From positions 322,733 to 386,732 of the forward strand of contig JAAOMT010000261.1 of the NCBI GenBank assembly GCA_016748015.1: a stretch of DNA of 64,000 nt, read 5' to 3'. Below are positions 41,608 through 53,415 of the stretch, in pieces. The DNA comes from Geosiphon pyriformis uo1 (Eukaryota > Fungi > Glomeromycota). Every line of letters begins with the position of its first letter. Within the stretch, counting starts at the first letter, position 1. The notes below the pieces were generated by a model. The model had not been told where the DNA came from. It worked only from the letters and a program-made list of their open reading frames with translations, and did not search any database. A program made the translations under genes and the position numbers.

Positions 41608-42993
41608 ATGAATCTCAGAAATTACAGCAATCTTAAAAATTATTTGGAGACTCTTACTATGCCAGAAAACTGGTCTCCAAGTGAAAAACATCATTTACAA
41701 CATCAATCAAAACAATATTTTATACACCAAAACAAAATCTATTATAAAAATCACAGAAACCCAAACCAACTACTCAGATTAGTACAAGAGAATGAAAAAG
41801 AAACAATTTTATACAACATGCACACAGATCCTTCTTCAGCACACTTGGGAAGAGATAGAACAATTCAAAGAACTCTTGAACATTATTTTTGGCCTCACAT
41901 GTAAAAAGACATTCGACAATATGTAGAATCTTGTGATAATTGTCAAAGAAAAGGAGGAACTCACCCCACAAAACCTTTAAATCCAATCAAAGTTGGACAA
42001 TCTTTTGACAGAGTTGGAATTGATTTAGTCGGACCATTACCTATCACAACCCAAGGAAATTATTATATTGCAGTTGCAATGGATTATCTTACCAAATGGC
42101 CTGAAGCTAGAGCCATCCAAAAAGCAGATGCAAAATCAATAGCAAATTTCATCTATGAAAACATTATCTGTAGACATGGATGCCCAATTGAACTCTTATC
42201 TGATCAAGGAACACATTTTGTGAACAACTTGATACAAAAAATTTGTGAACGGTTCAATGTCAAAAAACCTTTATCATCACTTTATCATCCTCAAACAAAT
42301 GGACTTGTAGAACGTTTCAACAGAACATTGTGTGAATCTCTAGCCAAAGTCTCAACAGACTTTGAGCAGAAATGGGATATCTTTATTTCATCAGTGTTAC
42401 TAGCATACAGAACACTAAAACAAGATACTACAAAACACACATTATTTGATCTTACTTATGGAAAAACAGCAACATTACCAATTAATTTCACAGTAGAAAC
42501 ATACTCAGTGCAACCAATCAATGAAGAAAACTTTTAAGAAACACTCCAAAGAAGGGCCTACACTCTTCTTAGTACACTGGAAGAAAAAAAAAGAATAGCA
42601 GCAACTTATATTGAACATTTCTAAGCTCAACAAAAAAAAAGACATGGCAACAAATTACTACTTATTACCAACGAATTTAAAGTTGGAAATAAAGTTTTTT
42701 TACACAGAACTAAGGCTGAAAAACAATGGAGTAAAAAATTTGAAAACAAATGGGATGGACCATTTTATATTCACGAAATTCTAGGCAATGGATCATACAA
42801 ATTAAGACTTAATGACAAAATACTAGCAAAAGTTGCACATGGAGACAGATTGAAACACTATCATTCCAGAAACAATCTTAAACTATTAATTCCACAAATT
42901 GGTACACATTCCCCTTTAATTAATTCTAAAAATATTCCCCGAAATTTAGAACCAATAATTATAATAGAACAACAACCAAACTTGAACACTTAA
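41608..42993 (+). pseudogene. Element B integrase, separate ATG-initiated ORF (462 codons incl. stop; HHCC, DDE core, GPF/Y module)
   Basis: MNLRNY..., H..H..CDNC, GIDLVGP, DYLTKWPEA, SDQG, HPQTNGLVERFNRT, KWDGPFYI. No chromodomain seen. Confidence 0.88.
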
Positions 42994-43142
42994 ATTTTAC
43001 AATAATTTTTCAATAAAAACACAAAGACAAAAAAAATAGTAAATAAATTACAAAAACACCCAAACCCAAAAAACAAATAAAAACCCCATATTCCAAAAAT
43101 AATTTTCCTTATTTTCTCTTTTCATAATTAGTCAATTTTATC

Positions 43143-43850
43143 ATGATTATTCCCCAAAATATTCAACAAATATCCCAAAAGTTAATGTTAGCCTTAAAAA
43201 CACTTCCTGACTTATCCATAACGATTAATGGAAATCAAATTAATTACATTCAGAAAAAAACCACAGCCCCAGTAGCAAATCATTTACAGAACTATCACTC
43301 CTATAGAAGAAAAACAAGAAGTCACTCTGAAAATAGATTACCAAGACTTTTGAAGCAAGCACTAGAAAAAAATCTTTTAATTGCCCTTATTGACATTCCA
43401 CCAAATACTACAATGCAACAAAAACTTCTATTACTTCTCAATGAACAGAACAATGAACACACTCCTATCTATAAATACTTTCACATTGGGAAAACACTTT
43501 ATGAACGAAAACTGGAACTTGAAGCAACAAATCTCACTCCTGAAGCTATACAAAAACAAATTCACAATGAATTCAAAACAGCAGCTGGACCAACAAACAC
43601 TTGCTACAAACTTAGAGCAGCTTTTAGACTCTATGACTTGTTTAATACTTGTGAAAATGGTTTACAAAATCCAATACTGCAACCAATGAAAGTCTAATAC
43701 ATTGGCAAACTTACAGAACTGAAATTTTAACAATTTTCAGACCAGATTACTTCAATTATTTTGGATCACTATCTCAATATTACAGATAGTGCTTGGACTT
43801 TAATGGAGCTCAGTCTTGAGGAGAAAATTATGTTACCAGTAGAATTTTAG
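43143..43850 (+). pseudogene. Element B ORF3, unknown soluble protein (~235 aa) in the env position, overlapping PPT and 3' LTR
   Basis: The frame continues past two CAA>TAA-type stops to TAG at 43850. Homologues in D (45522-46241 -), C (62430-62737) and A (~56700-57260). Confidence 0.75.
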
Positions 43851-44508
43851 CTATTAATTAGCATGAAATTACCCTTATAATTTCTATAATTAATTAGTAT
43901 ATTAATATCATTTCAAATTATCATTTATTATTTAATCAATTATCACATATCACGATTCAATTAAAATAATCTAATTAGTATAACAGAAGTAGGATGATCA
44001 AATTATACAATACTTTGAACTTTATAATATTCAAAAATTCGCCGAAATTTACAGAAATTCGCCGAAATTATGAATAGTTCACTCAAATTAATCAATAGTT
44101 CAGCAAAATAACTTGTAGTTTATCAAAATGTATCTTTAGTTTGCCAAAATTTGAGCAAAGAGAAAAAGTGCAAGTTCATAGACTAGTACTACAACAAGTT
44201 GTATAAAAGAAGAGCTTTTCTCTTCTGGAAAATGTATCTTACTTTAGATTTAACAATTAGAATCATTCTTTACATACAAAAACAAAATAAATATCAAATA
44301 ATTCGAAAAACCAAATTCTTTAAATTATTACACTTGGAAAATTCTCAAAAACCCAACTAACATTTTGAAATTAATTAGCTACCAATTTCAATAAACTGTT
44401 AGTGACTCCAGGCCTGAATAGAAAACGTTTCCCTTGATAAAATCCTATTTCTTTTACATTTTTTTTATTTTTCTTTTCTTTTCTTATTACAATCATTAGG
44501 GTAGCTTA
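43831..44508 (+). repeat. Element B 3' LTR (partial, ends at N gap)
   Basis: Nearly identical to 34605 onward; preceded by PPT gaggagaaaatta. Confidence 0.93.
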
Positions 44509-44528
44509 NNNNNNNNNNNNNNNNNNNN

Positions 44529-45407
44529 TCTACCGTCATTGTTTCCGATGATCAGGTTTTCCGGTATATTAAGATAAGTTTGTTGATAATTTTGGTAGTT
44601 TGGATTGGTTTGCTGATTGGTTCCGGCGCGGTTTGGATTCCTCTGGACCAATGCGTTCTGGTTTCACATGGGCTGATTTTGGGCCTCGGGATGCCAATTC
44701 GGGTTGGCTATCATGGGCTGTTGCTGGTAAGCTCCTTGATTTTGATACATGGTGGGATATTGGCGTGGTATTGGCGTGTACTGGTTTCTGGGCATTTGGG
44801 GTGGTGCGTAGTAATTATTTTCATGTGCTTTCTGCATCATTCGCGTTCGACATTGACTAATCAAATGTCCTATGCGTTTGCAAAAATGGCAGGCGCGTGT
44901 TTCTGTTCTGAATTCCTGGCGCGACGAGCGATTATTTCGACTGTCGCTGACTTCCTGGCTGCGTCTTTGGGGTGGTTGGTATGTATTTTTTCTCGGATCC
45001 GGGATGAGGTAACTTTCTATTTTCTTAGAGAGTTCCTCCCCTAATTGCGTTATTCTTTTCTCTAATGTTTCTGTCTTAGATGTGTATAAGAGACAGGGGT
45101 ATGAGTCTTTGGTTGTTTTGCTGTTTAGTTTGCAATAGTCGACGCAAAATCTAATTTTTCCGTTCTTTTTCCTTACTAAAACAACTGGTAAGGACCATGG
45201 GCTCATTGATGGTTGTATTATTCCTTTTTCCAACATGCTTTGGACTTCTTCTCTGATAAAATTATGCTCCATTGGTGGGACACGGTAAGTGCGTTGTTTT
45301 TCAGGTCTGGCGTCTCCAGTGGGGATTTGGTGTTAAACCAAGTTGGTTCTTCCAAATTCGCCATTTCTTGAAAATATATCAGAGTATTTTAAAATTAATG
45401 CTTTTAA
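44529..45407 (-). other. Small gap-flanked chimeric contig: Gypsy RT fragment joined to an unrelated gag fragment through a Nextera/Tn5 mosaic end
   Basis: AGATGTGTATAAGAGACAG at 45078-45096, which translates as the adapter signature CLLYTS in ORF 44664-45272. RT motif SPWSLPVVLV..IRFCVDY lies on one side and knuckle CHFCKRIGHLISQC on the other. Confidence 0.92.
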
Positions 45408-45521
45408 NNNNNNNNNNNNNNNNNNNNNNNNNNNNNNNNNNNNNNNNNNNNNNNNNNAAGTGATAATTTGAAATAATAATATATGCTAATTAATGATAGG
45501 AATTATAAAGATAATTTCATG

Positions 45522-46241
45522 CTAAATAATATCTCTAATTTTGTCTGGTAACATAACCTCCTTCTCAAGACTGAGCTCCATTGAAGTCCAAGTACTGTCT
45601 GTAATTTCCAGATAGTAATCCAAAATTATTGAAAAAATTTGGTCTGAAAATTGTTGAAATTTCAGTTCTGTGAGCTTTCCAATGTATTGAATCTTCAAAG
45701 GTTGTAAAATTGGGTTTTGTAGGACATTTTCACAGGTGTGGAATAGGTTATAAAGTCTAAGAGCAGCTCTGAGCTTGTAGCGACTGTTTGTTGGTCCAGT
45801 TGTTGTCTTGAATTTGTTGTGGAGTTGTTTCTAAATAGCTTCTTTCGTGAGGTTTGCTGTTGTAAGTTCCAGTTTTCGTTTGTAGAGTGTTTTTCCAATG
45901 TGAAAATATCTATAGATTGGAGAGTATTCAGTGCTTTTCTTATTGAGACACAGTTGAAGTCTTTGTTGAATTGTAATATTTGGTGGAATACTAATCAGAG
46001 TGAGCATTAAGTTTTCTCTTAAAGTGAGCTTTAAAAGTTCTGGCAGGTGAATTCCAAAATAACTTCTTGTGTTCTTCTTATATGGGTGATATTTTCGTGA
46101 ATTTGGGGCTAAATTTGTAACTACTTCTGTTTGGGTATAATTAATGTGGTTTCCAGTAACAGTAATGAATAATTCGGGCATTGTTTTTAAAGCTAGCATT
46201 AGTTTTTAGGATAATTGTTAAATGTTTTGAGAAATAGTCAT
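45522..46241 (-). pseudogene. Element D ORF3 (unknown protein)
   Basis: MTISQNI..LMLALKTMPELFITVTGNHINY...IYRYFHIGKTLYKRKLEL, collinear with B ORF3. Runs through the PPT into the 3' LTR. Confidence 0.75.
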
Positions 46242-46357
46242 TATAAGAGATTTGAAAATAAAGAAAATTATTTTTGGTATATGGGTTTTTATGTTATTTT
46301 TGTTTTGTTTTTGTGAGATTGTTTCTAAATTATAAGGAGATAACTATAATAATAATT

Positions 46358-47743
46358 TTAAATTAAGTGTTCAAGTTGTTGTTTTATTATAACTATTGGT
46401 TCTAAATTTTGGGGAATATCTTCAGGATTAATTAAAGGAGAATGTGTACCAATTTGTGGAATTAATAGTTCAGGATTGTTTCTGGAATTATAGTGTTTCA
46501 AACAATCTCTATGTATAACTTTTGTTAGGATTTTGTCATCAAGTTTTAACTTGTATGATCCATTGCCTAGGATTTCATAGATAAAAAATGGTCCATTCCA
46601 TTTATTTTCAAATTTTCCACTCCATTGTTTTTTGGTTTTAGTTCTGTGTAAGAGAACTTTGTTTCCAATTTTAAATTTATTGGTAACTGGTGGCAATTTG
46701 TTGTCATGTCATTCTTTTTGTTGAGCTTGAAAGTATTTAATGTGAGTTACTGCTATTTGTCATTTTCTTTCCAATGTGCTAAGCAGAGTATAGGCTCTTC
46801 ATTGTAATGTTTCCTGAAAGTTGTCTTCATTAATTGGCTGTACTGGATATGTTTCCACTGTGAAACTAATTGGTAACATTGCTGTCCTTCCATAGGTTAA
46901 ATCAAATGGTATGTGTTTTGTGGTATCTTGTTTTAGTGTTCTATATGCTAGTAACACTGATGGAATAAAGATATCTCATTTCTGCTCAAAATCTGTTGAG
47001 ACTTTGGTTAAAGATTCACACAATGTTCTGTTGAAATATTCTACAAGTCCATTTGTTTGTGGATGGTAGAGTGAAGATAATAGTCTTTTAACATTGAATC
47101 GTTCACAGATTTCTTAAATTAAATTGTTCACAAAATGTGTTCTTTGATTAGATAAAAGTTCAATTGGGCATCTATGTCTACAAATAATGTCTTCATAAAT
47201 GAAGTTTGCTACTGATTTTGCATCTGCTCATTGAATGGTTCTGGCTTCAGGCCATTTGGTAAGATAATCTACAGCTACTGCGATATAATAGTTTCCTTGG
47301 TTTGTAATAGGTAGTGGTCTGACTAAATTGATACTAGCTCGGTCAAAAGGCTGTCCAACTTTGATTAGATTTAAAGGTTCTGTAGGGCAAGTTCCTCCTC
47401 TTCTTTGACAAATATCACAAGATTTAACGTATTCATGAATGTTTTTTTTCATTTGGGGCCAAAAATAGTGTTTTAATGTTCTTTGGGTGGTGCTATCTTT
47501 TTCTAAATGTGCTGATGAAGAGTCTGAGTGCATGTTGTATAAGATAGTTTCCTTCTCATTTTCCTGTATTAATCTGAGTGGTTTGTTTGAGTTTCTGAAG
47601 TTTCAATAATAAATGGTATTGTTGTGTAAAAAATATTGTTTGGCTTTTTGTTGTAATTGGTGTTTTTCATCTGAAGACCAATCTGTTGAGATTTTTAGTG
47701 TCTCTAAATATTGTTTGAGATTGTTGTAGTTTTCAGAGTTCAT
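46358..47743 (-). pseudogene. Element D integrase, separate ORF
   Basis: Begins MNSENY; contains HSDSSSAH..CDIC, DYLTKWPEA and KWNGPFFI. Confidence 0.87.
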
Positions 47744-47793
47744 TGTTTGTTGTTTTTGTTACTGCTAATTCAAATGGGTGTTGGTTTTGTGTT

Positions 47794-50700
47794 CTAATCT
47801 TGTCTCATTCTTGAGAAACAATCAACGTTGGTGTGGAGCTTTTCTGGTTTGTGATGTACAATGTATTGGTAGTTGGCTAAAAATCCTGTTCATCAGGTTT
47901 GTTTGGCATTCAGCTGAGTGTTTTTGTTTTGAAGCCATTTGAGTTCAATATTATCAGTGATAATATCGAATTCTTTAGGCCTGAGATAAAAGTTGAAGTG
48001 ATGTAGGGCCCAAATTACGGCTGCTGTTTCTAGTTCTGTGGTAGAGTAGTTTTTTTCGGCTGGTTTTAATGTTCTGCTAACATAAGCGATTACTCACTCA
48101 TTTCCGTTGTCATCTAATTGTGATAAGATGACACCAAAGACAGTATAAAAAGCATCTGTAGCTAGTCAAAATTGGTTACTGAAGTTTGGGTAAGCGAGAA
48201 TTGGAGCTGTTGTCAGCTTTTTCTTGAGAATTTTAAAAGCTTTTTGGTGTTCTTCCATCTATTTGTATTCAACGTTTTTAGTAGTGAGCTGGTTAAGGGG
48301 TTTTGTGATTTCTGAGAATCCTTTAATAAATTTTCGGTAATAAGAAGCTAATCTAATAAATCCTCTCAATTCTGTAGTATTTCGTGGAGTCTTGAAGTTC
48401 TTGACAGTGCTGATTTTTCTAGAGTCTGGTTTAATTCCATCTTTGCTCACAATGTGGCCAAAAAAGGCCAAACTCATTTTTCCGAAGTAGCATTTTTTGA
48501 TGTTCAGTTTCAATTCTGCTTTCCGTAATCATTGAAAAACTTCTTGCAAGTGTTTTAAGTGTAATTCAAAAGATGATAAATAAACATCAGTATCATCAAG
48601 ATAGACAACTACTGATTTCCAAAAAAGACCTTTGTAAACAACATCCATGAGTCTTTGGAATGTTGTTGGTGCATTGCATAATCTAAAAGACATTACATTA
48701 AACTCGTAATTTTTTCCTTGAGTAGTGAATGCTGTTTTGAGGCGATCTTTGGGATCCATGGCAACTTGCCAGTATTTGCTCTCTAAATCTAATGTCGAAA
48801 AGTATTTGGACTTTCCAAGGGCATTCAACATGTTATCAATTCGGAGAAGAGAGTAGGCATCTCTAATGGTGACGCTGTTGAGTTGTCAATAATCAACACA
48901 AAATTGTATCTTTCCATTTTTTTTTTTAACTAAGACCACAGGTGAAGCCCATGAACTCATTGATGGTTGAATAAGCCCATTATTAAGCATCCATTGTACT
49001 TCTTCTCTGATAAATTGGTGGCTTTCTAAAGCAACTCGGTAGGCTTGTTGTTGCTTTGATTTGGCATCTCCTGTATAAATTTGGTGTTGAACCAAATCAG
49101 TTCTTCTTAAGTCATTGTTGTTTTCGGCAAAGATATTAGCAAATTCTGCAATTAGCTCTTTAAGCTGGTTCTGTTGTTGTGGTTCAAGTTGTCCCATGTT
49201 GATTCAAGATAGTTTTTCTATGACAACATAGTAGTTTTCAGAACTGGAATTTGGGTTGGTTTTTGATAGTGAATGTTCAATGATTTCTGAGAAATTGGGA
49301 ACTGTCTGGGGTAATTCTTGTTGAAAGATGTTACTGTGTATGACTCCAATTTCTAAGTTATTTAATAAAACTATGGGATAATTGTTGGGATTGTAAAAAG
49401 TAACTTGGACTTTCTTTGTTCCTTCTGGAATATAAATATTTGGGATTGAGATATTATGTTCCAAGCAGACTTGTTCGTTGGATTCAAAAATTTGTTGTGT
49501 GGTTGTTGGCTTTGGGCAGATGTAGATTTTCAGATGTTCCCCAAAGGATGAAATAGTAATTGGTTGTGGAAGTTGTAGAATCTGGTAAGATTCATTTTGT
49601 TCATTAAGAACTATGTTTACTGGAACTGTAAATTGTCCAATTGAACCAAAACCATTGGTTCCTCTTTCATTTTTTCCCAATTGTTCTCTTTGATTGACCA
49701 ATTGTAAACCCGAAATGTTGATTAAGGGTAAATAAATAGCTTGAGCAATTTTTTCAGCATGTTCAATCTGAAAAGGTTTATTGGTTTCATTTTGTAACAT
49801 GATTGTAATATCTCCTGTATATCCAGCATCTATGATTCCTCCTCTAACATTGATTCCTTTGCTTGCCAATAATAATTGTGAAGTGATTTAGACCATTGTT
49901 TCTGGTGAGATTTTGAGGTTGATCTTGGTAAGAGAATTTGGTTGAAAAACCAAAGTGTCTTTTCCTGGATATCGTAGATCATATCCAGCATCAATTTCAT
50001 GTGCTTTTTCAGGCTTTATTTCTTGTTTATTGTTGTTGAAGTATTTGAGCTGTAAAGCAAGCTGACTTTCAATAAGATAGACGGGTGTCATTTTAATTTC
50101 CTCCATTGCTTTAGATTTACCAAATTCAATTTCATATTCATTACTTTCACTGGATAATGAAATGCTAAAAGCATAGTATTCAGGACATCATTGTTCATCA
50201 CAAGACATTATGCATTCCTCACATAATTTAATGTTCATTTGCTTTAGCTATTGAGCTTGAGCTTCTTTGGTTGGATAAGTGTGACTGGCGATTTAATGGT
50301 ATACTTCTACTTCATCTTCATAATTAAATCCAGCTAATTCCATAGTGTATTCAATGTATTCTGCTTCTTTCATTTGACAGATATCTTCTTTGGTAGCTCC
50401 ATTAATTAGTGCTATTGCTAAGTCAAAAATCATCTTAGCATTATGGGAATAGTGATAAAGTTTGTTGAAAGTGCTGTTGTATGTTGCATTAAAGGGTGTT
50501 CCTCTTTTGACTTTTTCTGAAATTGATAAAGCATATTGGCAGGTTTGCTTGCAGACTCCTCCTCTCATTGCTATATCAATCCAATTGCATTCTTCTGGTA
50601 GCATATCTCCACAAGTCAAACAAGGGGTGTTGTTCTATTTTCCACTTCTTTTTATTAGATAGTCCCATTGTTTTCTGTGACAAGTCTTGCAGTAATAACA

Positions 50701-53415
50701 AGTATGATTTTCATATTCTTCTTCAGGTGAAATACAAGCTCCCATTGATGAGAGTTTCTTGTGGCAATCCTTGCATTTGAGTGGAATGTAAGGGCATTGT
50801 TTTTGTGGTTTTGGTTTTGAATAGAGAACATTCCATCTAGGTGTTACTGGTTCTTCTGTTTCAAGAGAATCGTTTGTTAAAAAATACTGTTGTTCAGTTT
50901 CATCAGCCCAATTGGAGGTTGATTCAAGAGCCATAAATGTTTCAATGATGGGTTTTTCTTTTTCTGGTTCAAATTCCAAAGCTGGGGCTTTTTCGGAGCA
51001 TTTGTTGAATATACCACAAGTGGCAGGTACTCAGGCATGTTGTCTTTGATAAGAGATTTGTAGCTCTTGGGTTTCCCAGTCTAATTTCACATTGGCTTTT
51101 TGAAGCCAATTGTTTCCAACAAGGGCTTGATACTGGGGAGCATCCATTACAAGAACTTTTACTGGAATGGTGATTCCATCAAGAGTGAACGGAAAATTGT
51201 CAATTTTTCCTACTGGTGTCTTTTTCATGCCATCAGCAGTGACGATTACTGTTTGAGCTGGCTGGTCAACATTTCTCTTTAACTGTTGCATCAACTAGTA
51301 AGTAATAATACTTTCAGCAGATCCACTGTTTAGGATTAAGCGAATTGTTTTTCCTTCAACTTTAGCTTCAGTATATATTACAGTAATGGCTTTTTGCTTG
51401 TTAGCTGCTGTATTGCTAAGCAAGAATGGTGATTCATTTGCTTCAAATTCGAAAGAGAAAATATCAGAAAGATTGGCATTTTTGGCAATTCTGGCTGGTG
51501 GAATAGTGGTATGGTTTTGAGAAGGGTTTTGTTGTTGTGCTGCAGTTCTACTTTCCGAGAGTGCAGTATAAAGAAAATCCTGTTCTTTTGGCATTGTTAA
51601 ATAACTGAGTTGAGTGTGATAGTGGTTGGGTCTTGGTTGAAAGGAATTTTGGAGAACCAATTGGTTGTTCAAATTGATTCTATTGTTGTTTACTTGGTAT
51701 CAGTTTTGTGGTGTGGATTGATTTTGCAGAATCAACTTTCAAGCAGGTACTTAATAATATTGTGTGGGTGGTTGTTGGTATTGCTGTTGGATCGGCTGTG
51801 GGGCAGGCTGATAATAGTTATTTGGGTATTGGGATCTTGGTGAATAGTAAGCTGGTGCTGATGGTTGATAATAAGATTATTGTGGTGGAGGGTAACGTTG
51901 ATTACTCCAATTTTGTTGATCTCATTGTAGCTTTTTGCAATCTCTTTTCTAGTGGCTAGGGATTCCACAGTAATGGCAATTCTGAGACTGGTTATTAGAA
52001 AGTGGTGCAAAGTTATTTTGATTTCATCTTTGGAATAGTTGATATCTTTGGGGTTGCTGTTGTTGTTGGTTGGTGAAATAATTTTTGACTTTCTTTGTAA
52101 GTTAGTTAATTTTCTCTTCAACTGCTGAGCTGGTCATTCTAATGGCTAAGTTCACGAGTTTTGTACAATTGGCTTCTTCCATGGCCATTTCATATCTCTT
52201 TGCATGCTGAATGGCAGAGTTTAAATCTTCTGGGACATGTGGGCGAATCTTTTTAATCAGTTTATCCTTTAAACCAGTGATAAATTGATCCAAGATTTGA
52301 GCATTAAAATAATAATCATTAGTTTCAAGTTGGCGAATTCATCTGAGAAGTTTGTTGAATTTTCCAATATAAGTCATGACAGATTTGGAGAGTTCTTGTT
52401 TGATATTGCGAAAATGATTTCAAAATGTGATTGAGGTGTTGTTATTGGTGAATTGTTCTAAGAAGGCAGTTTTGAAAGCTGTCCAGTCATTAAAAGGGGT
52501 GGTCAAGTTTTCGAACCATTTGCCTGCTGTTCTTTTGAGAAAGTGGGAAATTGTTCTTAACATTCTGGCAGCATTCCATCTATTTGCATCTCCAGCTTTA
52601 GTAACTTGGTCGAGCCATTCTTGGGGACTGGTCTCAATGTTTTCTCCATTAAATTTAGGGATTTTTGTGATGTATGCTGTTATTTCGTCTTCTTTATTTT
52701 CACTGTCTATTGATTCTTCTTCAGATATTTCAGAGTTATTTTTTTTGTTTGCTGCTGTCTCAGAGTGTTCACTTCAATTTTCAGCTAGAAAGTCAAGGAG
52801 ATTGGAACTAGTTTAAAAAGATTCTTGTTGTCTGGTGGGACTTCTGGGTAATGTAAAATCTTCTAGTCTTGCAAATTGATTTAAGGGTAAATTAGGTGTT
52901 TGTGCTTGTGCAAGTGAAGCTGGAAAAGGTGTAATAGTAAGTGGAAGTTTTGAACTGGTTCTTTGTTCAGGTGTTTGTAAGTGTTTGGCAGTTGTTTTTG
53001 GTAGTATTGGAGTATTTGGAATGGTTTTTGAGTATTGCTTCAATTTTTGTTTGCCTTTGTTGCTTGTTTTTGTCTCTGATTCAAAATCAATAGAGTATTG
53101 AGACTGCACTAGATATGTTTCTTCACAGTACTTGATAATGTTAAAATTAAGTTCTTGAAAGTAAGTGGCAAGTGTTTCACTGTTAAGATTTTCAGTTCCC
53201 AACTAGGAATAGTGTACTAAATTATTGTAAAGGTTGCTTCTAACTTCTGAGATATTGTAATTTCCAAAAAAATAATTGTTGATGCAGTTTTCAATGTATT
53301 GGTATACTGCTTTCTTAACAACTTTAATTTCGTCTAGAATGTTGAATTTTTGTTTGCAGTGGGTGTAAATTGACTAGTAATACTTTAGAGTTGTTGCATC
53401 TGGTGTGGTCACCAC
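47794..53415 (-). pseudogene. Element D gag-PR-Cys-rich-dUTPase-RT-RNase H polyprotein
   Basis: LILNSGSAES, CKDCHKK..CYYCKTC, GGIIDAGYTG, RGTNGFGS, WASPVVLV, YLDD; ends FSRMRQD*(TAG). Confidence 0.9.

Larger units (their letters stand above)
34605..44508 (+). mobile_element. Ty3/Gypsy LTR retrotransposon B, nearly complete (3' LTR truncated by N gap)
   Basis: Near-identical LTRs at 34605-35580 and 43831-44508, PBS 35583-35599, PPT 43818-43830 and a full domain set. Confidence 0.93.

Noticed and set aside
43143-43850. ORF3 as an envelope glycoprotein
   Set aside because: It is too short and lacks a visible signal peptide, fusion peptide or transmembrane anchor.
44664-45272. ORF with RT placed upstream of a gag zinc knuckle (novel domain order)
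   Set aside because: The junction is the Nextera adapter (CLLYTS), so the ORF is a chimera.
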